Shown here piece by piece: positions 21,679-35,678 of a DNA stretch of 64,000 nucleotides; position 1 is the first letter of the stretch; each line of letters starts with the position of its first letter. Position numbers and translations under genes: made by a program. Location: positions 3,924,963 to 3,988,962 of the forward strand of contig OY968773.1 of NCBI GenBank assembly GCA_963695315.1, written 5' to 3'. This DNA is from an uncultured Gammaproteobacteria bacterium. GTDB taxonomy: Bacteria > Pseudomonadota > Gammaproteobacteria > Steroidobacterales > Steroidobacteraceae. A model generated the notes under the pieces. That model saw nothing but the letters and a program-made list of their open reading frames with translations, was not told where the DNA came from and did no database searches.

Positions 21679-23806
21679 CTAGCGGGTGAGCCCTGCGCTG
21701 CATTCTGCCGCGGAGCGGTCGAGGCGGCGCGGATGCGCTTCAGCCTCTCCGGTGCTGCCCTTCAAGCGATAGCGGTCGAACCAGGCGAGAATGGCGCTCG
21801 CCTTGGCGGCCGATTGCGAGGGCCGCCCGGCAAGTCCGCCGTGCGAGGCGCCCGGAACCTTGATCAATTCGGTGGGCACCTCGCGCAGCTGCAGCGCTGC
21901 GAAATACTGCTCCGCATCGCTCACCGGGGTGCGATAGTCCTGATCGCCCACGATCGACCAGCGTCGGTGTGGAGACGCAGCCTGCGAACGACAACGGCGA
22001 ATGCTGCCAATAGATATTTGGGTCTTGCCACGGTTGCTTGCCGAACCAGTAGCGTCCCATAAATGTATAGACGTCGGTGGTCAGCACTTCGCTCGTCCAA
22101 TTGATGACCGGTTTCTGCGATGCGGCAGCGCGAAAGCGATCGGTGTGACCGACGATCCATGCCGTCAGCAGGCCGCCGCCTGAACCGCCGGTGACAAAGA
22201 GATTCTGCGGATCGACGAAACCGCGGGCAATTGCGGCGTCCACGACGCTCATCAGATCGTCGTAATCGTGACTCGGATAATCGTGGTTGATGAGGTCCGC
22301 AAACGCCTCGCCATAGGAAGTCGAGCCGCGCGGATTGGCATACACAACCACGTAGCCGGCGGCGGCGTAGAGCTGATCGTCGGTGGAGAACACCGGCCCG
22401 TAGGCGGCGAATGGCCCGCCGTGAATCTCGAGGATCAGCGGATATTTATGCGCGGCGTCAAAATTGGGCGGCGTCACGAGCCACGCACCAATGGGGCGGT
22501 GATCAAATGCGGACTGCACCGCCAGGGGCTCAACCTTTGCCAGCGTCTTGGCGGAGAGGAATGTGTCGTTGAGATGCGTCAGCTCGCGTGCATGCGCGTG
22601 ATAGGTGATGGATACCTCAGGCGGGTGTTGCGGATCGCCACTCAGGAAAGCGACGGTGCCATTGGTCGCGACCGAAAAATCACCGCCGGTGTAGGGGCGG
22701 TCGAGGCCCGCACCCGCCAATCCCTGCGTCACCGGCTCGACCTGCCCGTCCAAGAGGATGCGCGAGACTTTGGTGATGCCCTGGTCGTCGTACTGAATAT
22801 AGAGGCTGCGGCTGTCGCTCGCCCAACGCGCCTTTTGAATCGAGCGATCGAGTCCGCCGAGGAGGTGCGGATGGCTGCCGTCACTGTCCATGAGATACAG
22901 GTGAGTGTCCTGGTAGCTTAGGCCCTGATCGTCAAAACCCAGATACGCGATGTGTGCGCCATTCGGAGCGACGAGCGGCGCGCCATTAGGGCCCACGCGA
23001 GCGGTCACGGCGGTCAGTGCGCCATCGGCAAGCGCCACTTTGTAGACCTCGCTATGCAGCGGCTCGCGGCGCCAGTCCGGCAGGCGATTGCCGCTCATGA
23101 AGAGAAATCGCCCATCAGTGCTGAAGGACAGCGGCCCCGCCTCGTTAAAGGCTCCGAAGGTGAGCTGGCGCGGTGCGCCGCCATCGGCAGAGGTCACAAA
23201 CGCATGGGTGTAGCCGGTCTTGAGATAGCCCGCGCCGTCGGCGCGGTAGGTCACATCGGCCACAACCTGCAGGGGATCAGCCCAATGCGCGCCTTCAGGA
23301 GCCTGCGGCGCGGCTCCAAGCTTGGCTTTGTCATCGGGCACGAATGCCGTGAACGCTATGGAGCGACCATCGGGCGACCAGGTGAGCTCTTCCGGCTCAT
23401 CTATCAGATCAGACTGCGCAGCCGCCTGACCCCCTGCCATCCATCGCACGTAGAGCCGCGGCGGCTCCTTGCCCCCGGTGCTGGCGACATAGGCGAGCCG
23501 CGTGCCATCGGGCGACCAGGCGAGCGCGGCAATAGCCGCCCTGTCGGTGACCAGCGGCGTCTGGGCACCCGTGTTGGTGTCGATGAGCCAAATGGCGGCT
23601 TTGCCCCGATCGCTCATGAGGTCGTAGCCGTTGCGCACGTAGGCCACGGCAGAGCCGTCCGGCCGGATTGCCGGCTGCGTCGCCCATTCCAGCGCGAACA
23701 GGTCGCGACCCTCAAAAAGACGTGACGGTTGGTCGGGTGGCGCTGCTTGCAGGAGCGCCGGCGTCGCGATCGCGACGAGCAGGCATCGGCAGACTAAACG
23801 GTGCAC
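21679..23806 (-). pseudogene. S9 family (prolyl oligopeptidase / dipeptidyl peptidase-like) serine peptidase, frame break near 21950
   Basis: Signal peptide, then a beta-propeller region (WSPDGTRLAYV, WSPDGRSIAF). Catalytic domain has VTGGSGGGLLT (GxSxG). The C-terminal piece in ORF 21679..21951 carries DYRTPV...PGASHGG (Asp and His). A GTG start at 23806 is assumed. Confidence 0.8.
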
Positions 23807-24160
23807 AGTAGTCCTTTGAATTGCAGACAGATTGCGCGACCTGAGCCGCCAGCACTCTTTTTTGCCTGCGGCGTCGGCGCGCGCGCCGCATCGTAACTCG
23901 GAGCTGCGCCGCGCGGTCAACCTGACCCGCGGGGTTAGCGGTTGACTGGGTCGCCAAGGAGAGGTGTAGCGCTTCTATGATCGATGTGGCCGCGGCCGCT
24001 CTGATCGACGCGCGCCAAGGATTTACTTAACGCCTTGATCCTCGTGCGAAATCCGGTGCTCTTCTGGGAAGCGTTGCGCTCGGGGTTCAAAAGCGTGAAG
24101 AGCTGCGGGATTTCCCAGCTCGATTCGATGGCGCATCCAGAATCAAGGTAGCCTTGGCGC

Positions 24161-24661
24161 ATGGCATCGGACGCTGATCTGACGACGCTCGCCACCCGGG
24201 TCGGCGAGTTGCTGCTGTCGCGGCACAGCCGCCTGGTGACCGCCGAATCCTGTACCGGTGGATTCTTGGCGAAAACCCTCACCGACATTGCCGGCAGCTC
24301 ACAGTGGTTTGAGTGTGGCTACGTCACCTACTCGAATGCCGCCAAGATGCGTGACCTCGGCGTCGCCGGCCGCACGCTCAAGAAAGACGGCGCGGTGAGC
24401 GAGGCCGCCGCGCGCGAAATGGCGGCGGGCGCCTTGCGTGTCGCGGGTGCCGATCTTGCCATTGCCGTGACCGGCATTGCCGGACCCGACGGCGCAGTCG
24501 CCGGCAAGCCGGTCGGCACCATATGGTTCAGCTCCTGCATTCGCCGTGAAGAGGGAGTCGACCTTGCTGCAGAGCGCGTGCATTTTGCGGGCGACCGGCA
24601 CACGGTGCGACACGGCTCAGTCGAATACGCACTGAAGCTCATCCTGCGTCTTAGGCTCTAA
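24161..24661 (+). CDS. pncC: CinA C-terminal domain protein / nicotinamide-nucleotide amidase
   Basis: LVTAESCTGGFLAKTLTDIAGSS...GYVTYSN..K...LGV...AVS...A..MA......ADLAIAVTGIAGP. Typical position upstream of recA. Confidence 0.8.
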   Translation: MASDADLTTLATRVGELLLSRHSRLVTAESCTGGFLAKTLTDIAGSSQWFECGYVTYSNAAKMRDLGVAGRTLKKDGAVSEAAAREMAAGALRVAGADLAIAVTGIAGPDGAVAGKPVGTIWFSSCIRREEGVDLAAERVHFAGDRHTVRHGSVEYALKLILRLRL

Positions 24662-24679
24662 GAGCATTCGTGCCGCCGC

Positions 24680-24710
24680 ATACAGTAGGCGCGCGCGCGC
24701 TCTACTGTAT
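24680..24710. promoter_or_regulatory. 31-nt palindrome ATACAGTAG-(GC-alternating 13 nt)-CTACTGTAT between pncC and recA
   Basis: Perfect 9-bp arms at 24680..24688 and 24702..24710, with spacer GCGCGCGCGCGCT. It starts 19 nt after the pncC stop and lies about 107-137 nt before the recA ATG. Confidence 0.4.
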
Positions 24711-24816
24711 GACGAGCAAAATTCTCGCATCCGTAGCGAAATGCAGTGCTGCAGATATGCCCGCTGTCAGTCTTGTTGTGGGATAATTGCAGACATAATC
24801 CGCGAGGTACGAGACG

Positions 24817-25854
<1,038 letters not shown>

Positions 25855-25905
25855 GCGACGGGCACCGCGCTTGCGCTGGTTCCCCACCGACGGCGCGCAT
25901 AATTG

Positions 25906-29054
<3,149 letters not shown>

Positions 29055-29187
29055 CTGTTGCGCAGCCGCATCTAACATCCAGTGGGATTTGTCTCGCTGA
29101 GTTGCTGCGTGCAAAACAATTGATTGTCTCTAAGGCCAAAAAAAAGTAGATTCGTCGAGCTTTGGGGAGCGGCTAAAAGGAAGAACA

Positions 29188-29412
29188 ATGCTGATATTGA
29201 CGCGAAGAGTGGGCGAGACGGTGGTGATCGGCAACGATGTCACCGTTACAATACTAGGAGTTAAAGGCAATCAGGTGCGCGTCGGAATCAACGCCCCCAA
29301 GACGGTTGCGGTGCATCGTGAGGAGATCTACGAGCGCATCAAGCGCGAACAGGAAGGCACGAGCGACGACAGCACCGATCCCGCCTCGTCAGCCGAATTT
29401 TCAACAGTTTGA
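29188..29412 (+). CDS. csrA: Carbon storage regulator CsrA/RsmA with a C-terminal extension
   Basis: [55 protein letters not shown]. Confidence 0.95.
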   Translation: MLILTRRVGETVVIGNDVTVTILGVKGNQVRVGINAPKTVAVHREEIYERIKREQEGTSDDSTDPASSAEFSTV

Positions 29413-29421
29413 AGGCTTCAC

Positions 29422-29440
29422 GCGCGGCGTAAGGCCGCGC
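29422..29440 (+). terminator. Hairpin after csrA (possible terminator)
   Basis: GCGCGGC (29422..29428) / GCCGCGC (29434..29440) with loop GTAAG. The downstream sequence is pyrimidine-rich, not a clean U-tract. Confidence 0.4.
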
Positions 29441-29539
29441 TCCTTACCTTCCCCGGTCCGCTTCAGTATTATGACAAGCACGCTGCCAATTCGGGCGGCG
29501 GCGCCGTACTGTAACTGACTGATTGAGCATCTAATTAAC

Positions 29540-29630
29540 GGAGAGATGGCCGAGTGGTCGAAGGCGCACCCCTGCTAAGGGTGTAAGGGTCAAAAGCCCT
29601 TCGAGGGTTCGAATCCCTCTCTCTCCGCCA
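29540..29630 (+). tRNA. tRNA-Ser (anticodon GCU), CCA encoded
   Basis: GGAGAGATGGCCGAGTGGTCGAAGGCGCACCCCTGCTAAGGGTG...long variable arm...GGTTCGAATCCCTCTCTCTCCGCCA. The acceptor stem GGAGAGA/TCTCTCC pairs. It sits downstream of csrA, as serV does in E. coli. Confidence 0.95.
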
Positions 29631-29931
29631 ATTCAACACATCGAGTGGGCAATACCACCGCGGCGCGGCGCACGCTTTTGCGCAACAACAAGGGATTGAC
29701 CAATCCTCCGATCCGATGACGCTTAACCTCGTCGGTCTTTGCGTGCACGATTCTCGGTAGGTGGAAAATCCGCTGCCGGCCTCAGCGAGGCCGGGCGGTA
29801 TACGCTTTTCCTGGCACTCGTCTCGGTGTACGAGACGCATCTAGAAGGTCAGATAGGGCCATCCGATTTTGCTGTGAGTGCTGAATAGGAACGGATTTGG
29901 CAAGGTTTCGGTTGCCTTGAGCGATCTTTGT

Positions 29932-30204
29932 TCACATCTGCGGTATTCCCGCATCGCGCATTGCATCGTTCAGCTGAGCGCAGGCATCGCTGACGGAAGG
30001 CTCGGATCGCAGGCTGCGCACGAGCGAGTTGAGATAGGTCCCGAGGGTATTCTTGTTGGGATGCGGCCGTGCGAGTTCCTGCTCGAGAGCACTGATAACC
30101 TCGTCAATGTCATCGACGTCGCAACTGTCGAGCTTTGCGGTGCGCACAACGTCGTGGGCCGCTCGCACGGCCCGGCGAATGCCCTCTAGCGCATCTTGCT
30201 CCAT
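29932..30204 (-). CDS. Small hypothetical protein (about 90 aa, helical; possibly DUF4404-like)
   Basis: GGAGAA lies 6 nt upstream of ATG 30204 (MEQDALEGIRRAV...). The longer track ORF to 30312 would leave only 34 nt to the divergent VOC gene. No motif was recognised. Confidence 0.4.
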   Translation of the reverse strand: MEQDALEGIRRAVRAAHDVVRTAKLDSCDVDDIDEVISALEQELARPHPNKNTLGTYLNSLVRSLRSEPSVSDACAQLNDAMRDAGIPQM

Positions 30205-30346
30205 GATGTTCTCCGTGGTGAGCGTAAGTCGCAATGAGCGGTGCACATTGTGTTCCAGCGAGCTGTATACGTCGAGACGCTCGCCCCGTTGCGCTAGCAT
30301 GAGGCACGCCATGACGATCGATCGCGCCGCACGGAGGTGAAAGAAT

Positions 30347-30781
30347 ATGGGGCTGACACCATTTCACGTGGCATTGCAGGTGCGCGATATCGGCGAAGCG
30401 CGGCGCTTTTACACACAGATTTTGGGATGTGCCGAAGGTCGCAGCGCCGCGCACTGGGTCGATTTCAATCTGTACGGCCATCAGTTGGTTTGCCATCTGA
30501 ATCCGGCTTTGGGCTCCGCGGGGAGGATTTCTGCGCATCACAATCCCGTCGATGGTCACAGCGTGCCCGTTCCGCACTGCGGCGTCGTGCTGGAAATGGC
30601 CGACTGGAGTGAACTTGCGAAGCGCCTGCAGGCGCATGGTGTTGAGTTCATCGTCGCGCCCTATATTCGCTTTCAAGGCGAGGCGGGCGAGCAGGCAACG
30701 CTGTTCTTGCTGGACCCTTCCGGCAATGCACTCGAGTTCAAGGCGTTCCGCAACATCGCCGCGCAGTTGTTTGCGACCTAG
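30347..30781 (+). CDS. VOC (glyoxalase/bleomycin resistance/dioxygenase) family protein
   Basis: FHVALQVRDIGEARRFYTQILG...H...LLDPSGNALEF, the typical paired beta-alpha-beta-beta-beta module pattern. Confidence 0.7.
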   Translation: MGLTPFHVALQVRDIGEARRFYTQILGCAEGRSAAHWVDFNLYGHQLVCHLNPALGSAGRISAHHNPVDGHSVPVPHCGVVLEMADWSELAKRLQAHGVEFIVAPYIRFQGEAGEQATLFLLDPSGNALEFKAFRNIAAQLFAT

Positions 30782-30831
30782 AAATACCTGACCGCGCCCG
30801 TGGCTGACGGGCGCGCCGGAGGGCACCCGAC

Positions 30832-31939
30832 ATGCATCTGCCACCTTTTCTGCTGGATCAATGGCTCACCGCCCATGAGTTCGCCGCACCGCCAATACGT
30901 TACAACCTCGCCGCCAGCACCGGCCCGGTGTGGACCTACGGCGAGCTCCTCGCCCTCGGCGACGGCTCGGTAAGGGAGGAGTTCGAAGCAATTAGCGTTT
31001 CGTATGTTCCGCCCGAGGGAACTGCAGCGCTGCGACAGGCCATCGCCGAGCTCGCTGACGTCGCTCCCGAATGGGTGGTCGTGACCACTGGTGCGTCGGA
31101 GGCTCTGTCGATCCTGTTGTGTTCGGCAGCCGCGCCGCGCGGCGCAGTCGTGCTGCCCCATCCAGGATTTCCGGCATTTGCCGTCATGGCGCGTGCGTGG
31201 GGCTTGGAGGTTGCGACCTATGAGCTCAATCGTGCGAAGCAAATACGCCCAGAGCGCCGATCTTGTACTGGCCGCGGTGAATCGCGACACGCGCCTCGTC
31301 CTCGTGAACTCACCGCATAATCCCACCGGCAGCGTCATGCCACGCGCGCAAATGACGCGGCTCGCCGAAGCGCTCTCCGAGCGCAACATCCTGTTGGTCG
31401 TGGACGAGGTGTACCACCCGCTGTATTTTCAAGCTCCGCAGCGCTCCGCTGCAGAGTTGCCCAACACCATTGTCGTCGGCGATCTTTCCAAGGCATTGTC
31501 GTTGAGCGGCCTGCGGATCGGATGGCTCATAGATCGCGACGCACGCCGGCGCGAACAACTGATCAATCTGCGCAGCTACTTCACGGTTTCAGGGTCCCCG
31601 ATCACGGAAGCCATCGCGGCGCACGCGCTGCGGCACCGATCGCAGATCCTGGCCCGCCTTGAGCAGGTGGCGCGGCGAAATCGCACCGATCTCGATGAGT
31701 TCATGCGCGCTCAGGGCCAAGTTTTCGGCTGGAGCCCGCCGGCAGGCGGCACCGTGGCGTTTCCGTGGCGCCTTGATGATCGCGCTACGCGACCGATGTG
31801 CGAGGCCCTGGCACAAGCGGGCGTCCTTGTCGTGCCGGGTGACTGTTTCGGGACGCCCGCAAACTTGCGCATCGGCTTCGGCACGCAGGCCGACGGCTTT
31901 CATGAAGCCCTCACCGTCGCGGCAAGCGTGCTTCGCTAA
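30832..31939 (+). pseudogene. Class I/II PLP-dependent aminotransferase, frame break near 31237
   Basis: NSPHNPTGSV, VVDEVYHPLYF, and the PLP-lysine context GDLSKALSLSGLRIGW. The N-terminal part is in ORF 30832..31320 and the remainder in ORF 31091..31939. Confidence 0.8.
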
Positions 31940-32101
31940 TTAGAGCTTGCCCTCGCCCGTGAGGCTTGCGGCGATGGCGGCTGGAGACGAATACGAGCTG
32001 ACTGGCGCGGATGGCGCACCGGATATTTGACCCTGCGCGCTCAGCCGTTGCTAAGCCCCTGGCGACGATGCGATTATTTGCACCGAAGGAGTCGACGACA
32101 G

Positions 32102-32506
32102 ATGAGCGCCTTCCAGCCCGGCGGCTGGCCTACGGTTGTACCGCGGATCCTCGTGCGCGATCCCGAGAAGCTCGTGTGGTTCATCAAGAGCGTATTTGGC
32201 GCAAGCGGCGAATACCGTACCGAGACACCCGCGCAGATGCGCATCGGTGATTCCGTCGTGATGGTGAGCGCCGCGGGCGCGCGCGACCCAAGCCCGGCAT
32301 TTCTCTATGTTTATGTCGAAGACACGGATGCCACTTACCGCCGCGCTTGTGAGGCGCACGCCATCTCGCTCGAGGAGCCCGCGGACATGCCCTACGGCGA
32401 CCGCCGCGCGATGGTTAAGGACGTGTGGGGAAACATCTGGCAGATTGCCACCCACAAAGAGGATCTGTCTGCCGACGAGATTCACGCACGCCTGCGCGGC
32501 CGCTAG
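32102..32506 (+). CDS. VOC/glyoxalase family protein (PhnB-like)
   Basis: AAGGAG lies upstream of ATG 32102. LYVYVEDTDATYRRACEAHAISLEEPADMPYGDRRAMVKDVWGNIWQIA. Confidence 0.7.
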   Translation: MSAFQPGGWPTVVPRILVRDPEKLVWFIKSVFGASGEYRTETPAQMRIGDSVVMVSAAGARDPSPAFLYVYVEDTDATYRRACEAHAISLEEPADMPYGDRRAMVKDVWGNIWQIATHKEDLSADEIHARLRGR

Positions 32507-32530
32507 CGCGCGTGCATTGGGGGGAAGTTG

Positions 32531-33707
32531 ATGAAAGTTGATGATCTGCCCGAGCCGCGCGTCGCCGCCTACAACGGCCTCACTGAGGCTCGGCATTCTC
32601 TGCCGGCACACTATTACTTCAATCCTGCGCATTATGAGCGCGAGTTGCGCCGCATCTGGTTTCGCAACTGGATCTACGTTGGCCGCTCGGAAACGGTGCG
32701 GACGCCGCGCTCCTTTCGTACCTTTGATCTTGCCGGGCAACCGATCCTGATGGTGCGCGATGACGATGGGGGCCTGCAGGGTTTCTACAACACCTGTCGC
32801 CACAGAGGCGCTGCGCTTTGTCGCGAGGTGCAGGGCGAGCTTCGCTCACCGGCAATCATCTGTCCGTATCATGCCTGGACGTACGATCTGCATGGCGAGC
32901 TGCTGCGCACGTCATCCAAAGCTCATGCGCCCGGGTTCGACGTCGGCGACTACTCCCTTTACAAGGTTGCCGTGCAGGAACGCGAGGGCTGCATATTCAT
33001 CGCGCTCAATGACATCCCCGCCGCCCCTGGAACAGAATTTTGACCTGCCATTCGAGCGCCTGCGCAACTGGTCGCTGGCGGATCTGCGCACCGGGCACAT
33101 TCTCGTGAAGGAGATGCAGTGCAACTGGAAGATCTTCTGGGAGAACTACAACGAGTGCCTGCATTGTCCAGGCGTGCATTTGCAGCTGTCGCAATTGGTG
33201 CCGATATTCGGCCGTGGGCTGCTGGAGGAGCGCGACGATCCTAAATGGACCGAGCATAGCGGCAGCCTGGATCCGAAGTTCAAAGGTGGCTTGCGCAGCG
33301 GCGCCAAGACCTGGTCGACGGACGGCGAGAGTATCGGCGCGCCTTTGCCGGCTCTCACCGAAGAGGACCGGCAGGCCGGACACGTGTACGTCACGAGTCT
33401 GCCCTCCATGTTTATCGTCGGGCATCCCGACTACGTGCGCATCGTGCGCCTGCGGCCTCTGGGCCCGGAGCGAACCGAGATGTCCGTCGAGTATCTGTTC
33501 GCACAGCAGACGCTCGCGGATCCTAATCTCAACATCAGCAAGGCCCTCGAGTTTGCGAACCGCGTCATGAGCGAAGACGCGCAGATCTGCGAGCTCAATC
33601 AGCGCGGGCTGCATTCCCTACCGCACGGCCATGGCATCCTCATGCCCGAGGAGTACCTGGTGCTGCAATTTCACGATTGGCTGCGGGGACAGCTGGAAAC
33701 GGGCTGA
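32531..33707 (+). pseudogene. Rieske [2Fe-2S] non-haem iron oxygenase alpha subunit, frame break in a C-rich run near 33010-33025
   Basis: Rieske motif CRHRG...CPYHAW. Catalytic domain NWKIFWENYNECLHCPGVH in the second frame (ORF 32760..33707). Confidence 0.8.
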
Positions 33708-33762
33708 TCGGCCGAGGTGCGCGCGCGGCCGCCGCGCGCCGTCATTGTGCGCGGCAGACCAT

Positions 33763-33823
33763 ACGCAACCCAATAGTTGCATTTCAGGATAGCGCGCACT
33801 AAGATGCAACTAGGAGGTTGCAT
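33763..33823 (+). promoter_or_regulatory. Sigma-70-like promoter overlapped by two copies of the dyad (A)TGCAAC-N6-GTTGCAT; candidate ArsR-family operator pair
   Basis: -35 TTGCAT (33777..33782), 17-nt spacer, -10 TAAGAT (33800..33805). Dyad 1 is GCAAC 33765..33769 / GTTGC 33776..33780. Dyad 2 is ATGCAAC 33804..33810 / GTTGCAT 33817..33823 and spans the AGGAG ribosome-binding site. Confidence 0.55.
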
Positions 33824-33825
33824 AT

Positions 33826-34284
33826 ATGAACTCAGCAACGGACCGCATCGAAAGAAAAATCATGCTCAAGGCGACGCGGGCCCGCGTGTGGCGCGCGCTC
33901 TCGAACGCCGAGGAGTTCGGCAACTGGTTCGGAGTAGCACTCAAGGGCAAGGGGTTTGCTGCCGGCGAGCGTGTGCAGGGCAACATTACCTATCCGGGAT
34001 ACGAACACGTCGTTTTCGATATCGTGATCGAGCGCCTGGAGCCTGAGAAACTGCTCTCCTGGCGCTGGCACCCCGCCGCAATTGATAACTCAGTCGATTA
34101 CTCGCAAGAGCCCACCACGCTCGTGGTGTTTGAGCTCAAGGACGCCGCGGGCGGTACGCTGCTGAGCGTTGTCGAATCGGGGTTCGACAAAGTGCCTGCG
34201 GCACGGCGCGCGGATGCCTTTCGGCTCAACAGCGGCGGCTGGGACGGGCAGATGGAGAACATCGCCAAGCATGTCGCGTCTTAG
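33826..34284 (+). CDS. SRPBCC superfamily protein (Aha1/BPI-like domain)
   Basis: KATRARVWRALSNAEEFGNWF...LLSWRWHP...FELKDAAGGTLLSVVESGF. It overlaps the downstream ArsR gene by 14 nt. Confidence 0.75.
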   Translation: MNSATDRIERKIMLKATRARVWRALSNAEEFGNWFGVALKGKGFAAGERVQGNITYPGYEHVVFDIVIERLEPEKLLSWRWHPAAIDNSVDYSQEPTTLVVFELKDAAGGTLLSVVESGFDKVPAARRADAFRLNSGGWDGQMENIAKHVAS

Positions 34285-34639
34285 CAGCCGATTGCCCAAA
34301 AAGTCGCCGCCCCTGCAGGGGGCGGCGTTGCGCAGTGCCGTCGCGGTCTTTGGAGCTCTCGGTGATGCGACGCGATTGCGACTCGTTGTAACGCTGTGTG
34401 CCGGCGGCGCGCTTTCGATCGCGCAACTGACTTCGGGGTCAGACATGACGCGACAAGCGGTCGCGAAGCATCTTCGTGTCCTGGCACAGGCCGGTCTCGT
34501 GCGCGATGGTAAGGCGGGGCGCGAGCATCTGTGGGAATTTGAGCCGGCGCAGCTTGCCGAAGCGCTCGCATCGCTTGAGGCGATTGCGCAGCAATGGGAT
34601 CGGGCATTACAAAGGCTCAAAGCCGCCGTCGAGAGTTGA
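34271..34639 (+). CDS. ArsR/SmtB family transcriptional regulator
   Basis: Winged HTH: FGALGDATRLRLVVTLCAGGALSIAQLTSGSDMTRQAVAKHLRVLAQAGLV. The ATG at 34271 lies inside the end of the SRPBCC gene. Confidence 0.8.
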   Translation: MSRLSSRLPKKSPPLQGAALRSAVAVFGALGDATRLRLVVTLCAGGALSIAQLTSGSDMTRQAVAKHLRVLAQAGLVRDGKAGREHLWEFEPAQLAEALASLEAIAQQWDRALQRLKAAVES

Positions 34640-34692
34640 GCACGCACACCTCAGAGCGGTTGGCGCTACGCGCGCCGTCGCGTGGTGCCGAG

Positions 34693-35544
34693 TCAGTCCT
34701 CTGACTCGACCAGATGCCGGGATTCTCCAATAATCCATGCGATGCCGAGCCCGCCGGAAAACCCGTACCTCTGCTTGACGAGGGGGCTGTCCTCGAAAAC
34801 GGCTCCCTGCAGGGCGTCGTAGCGGATGAAGGCGCCTACCCAGTACTTGGGAAAGCGCTTTGTCAAAGCCGTTACCACTTGGGCTCCACTGTAGCCGCCG
34901 CTGGCATCGTAGAGAGGCCTGCTCGCGGTTGCGTACTGGGGTGCGACGGAATAAAAGTATTCGTTGTACTTGCGCGCCGCGAACACCGGCCCTGCGCCCA
35001 GCCCGAAATTCCAGCCCGACAAACTCTCCAAGTTCAAGTCGAGGCGCGGAGCAAAATCCCAGCCGAGATACTGCGGCGGGCTCTGCACCGTAATGGGTAA
35101 TCGTAGCGGCAGCTCGGCGTCAAATTTCACCCGCGAATCCATTGAGCGCCACAGGTGAAACTCAAGGTCCGGCCCGAGCTCCAGCGTCGAGCGCAGATTG
35201 GGCATGCCGGCGCGAGCGTGATCGTGACTATCGACCGGCACTGTGGCGTTGGCGCTAAAGCTTAACTCCACCCAATCGCGCTTGACGAATTCTCCGCGCA
35301 CGCCATTGCGGTCTGCTTTAAAGAAGTCACCGCGGTAGATGAAGTAGGGCACCGGAAGCGGATAGACCCGCTCCTGATCGGATCCCCGGTAATCCGGGAA
35401 TGCGACGACGCCGACACCGAGCCCGGCTTCCCAGAGCGGTTTTTCATCCGCCTGTGCGGCAACACATACAAAAAAAACGAGCGCCATTACTGACGCCCGC
35501 GCCGATCGGGATGCCATGGAAACAAACACTTGTTGCATCCTCAC
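34693..35544 (-). CDS. MipA/OmpV family outer membrane protein
   Basis: Signal peptide ending AAQA. WEAGLGVGVVAFPDYRGSDQ...YFIYRGDFFKADRNG, and a beta-barrel-like alternating pattern to the C-terminus. Confidence 0.75.
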   Translation of the reverse strand: MRMQQVFVSMASRSARASVMALVFFVCVAAQADEKPLWEAGLGVGVVAFPDYRGSDQERVYPLPVPYFIYRGDFFKADRNGVRGEFVKRDWVELSFSANATVPVDSHDHARAGMPNLRSTLELGPDLEFHLWRSMDSRVKFDAELPLRLPITVQSPPQYLGWDFAPRLDLNLESLSGWNFGLGAGPVFAARKYNEYFYSVAPQYATASRPLYDASGGYSGAQVVTALTKRFPKYWVGAFIRYDALQGAVFEDSPLVKQRYGFSGGLGIAWIIGESRHLVESED

Positions 35545-35678
35545 GGAATTGGCGCCCGGTTGGCAAGGAAGGCTTTGGCCTAATCCAAGAGCTTGCTTCG
35601 GCAGTCACGCAGCCGTCATGATGGGTGCACAAACTTGCGCAGTCGCCACCCTGCGGGTGCGCCATCGTCGAGACGTCC

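Noticed and set aside
24662-24816. Canonical E. coli-type SOS box (CTGT-N8-ACAG) upstream of recA.
   Set aside because: The half-sites are present only in swapped order and at the wrong spacing, so this was reported as an unusual palindrome and not called as a LexA box.
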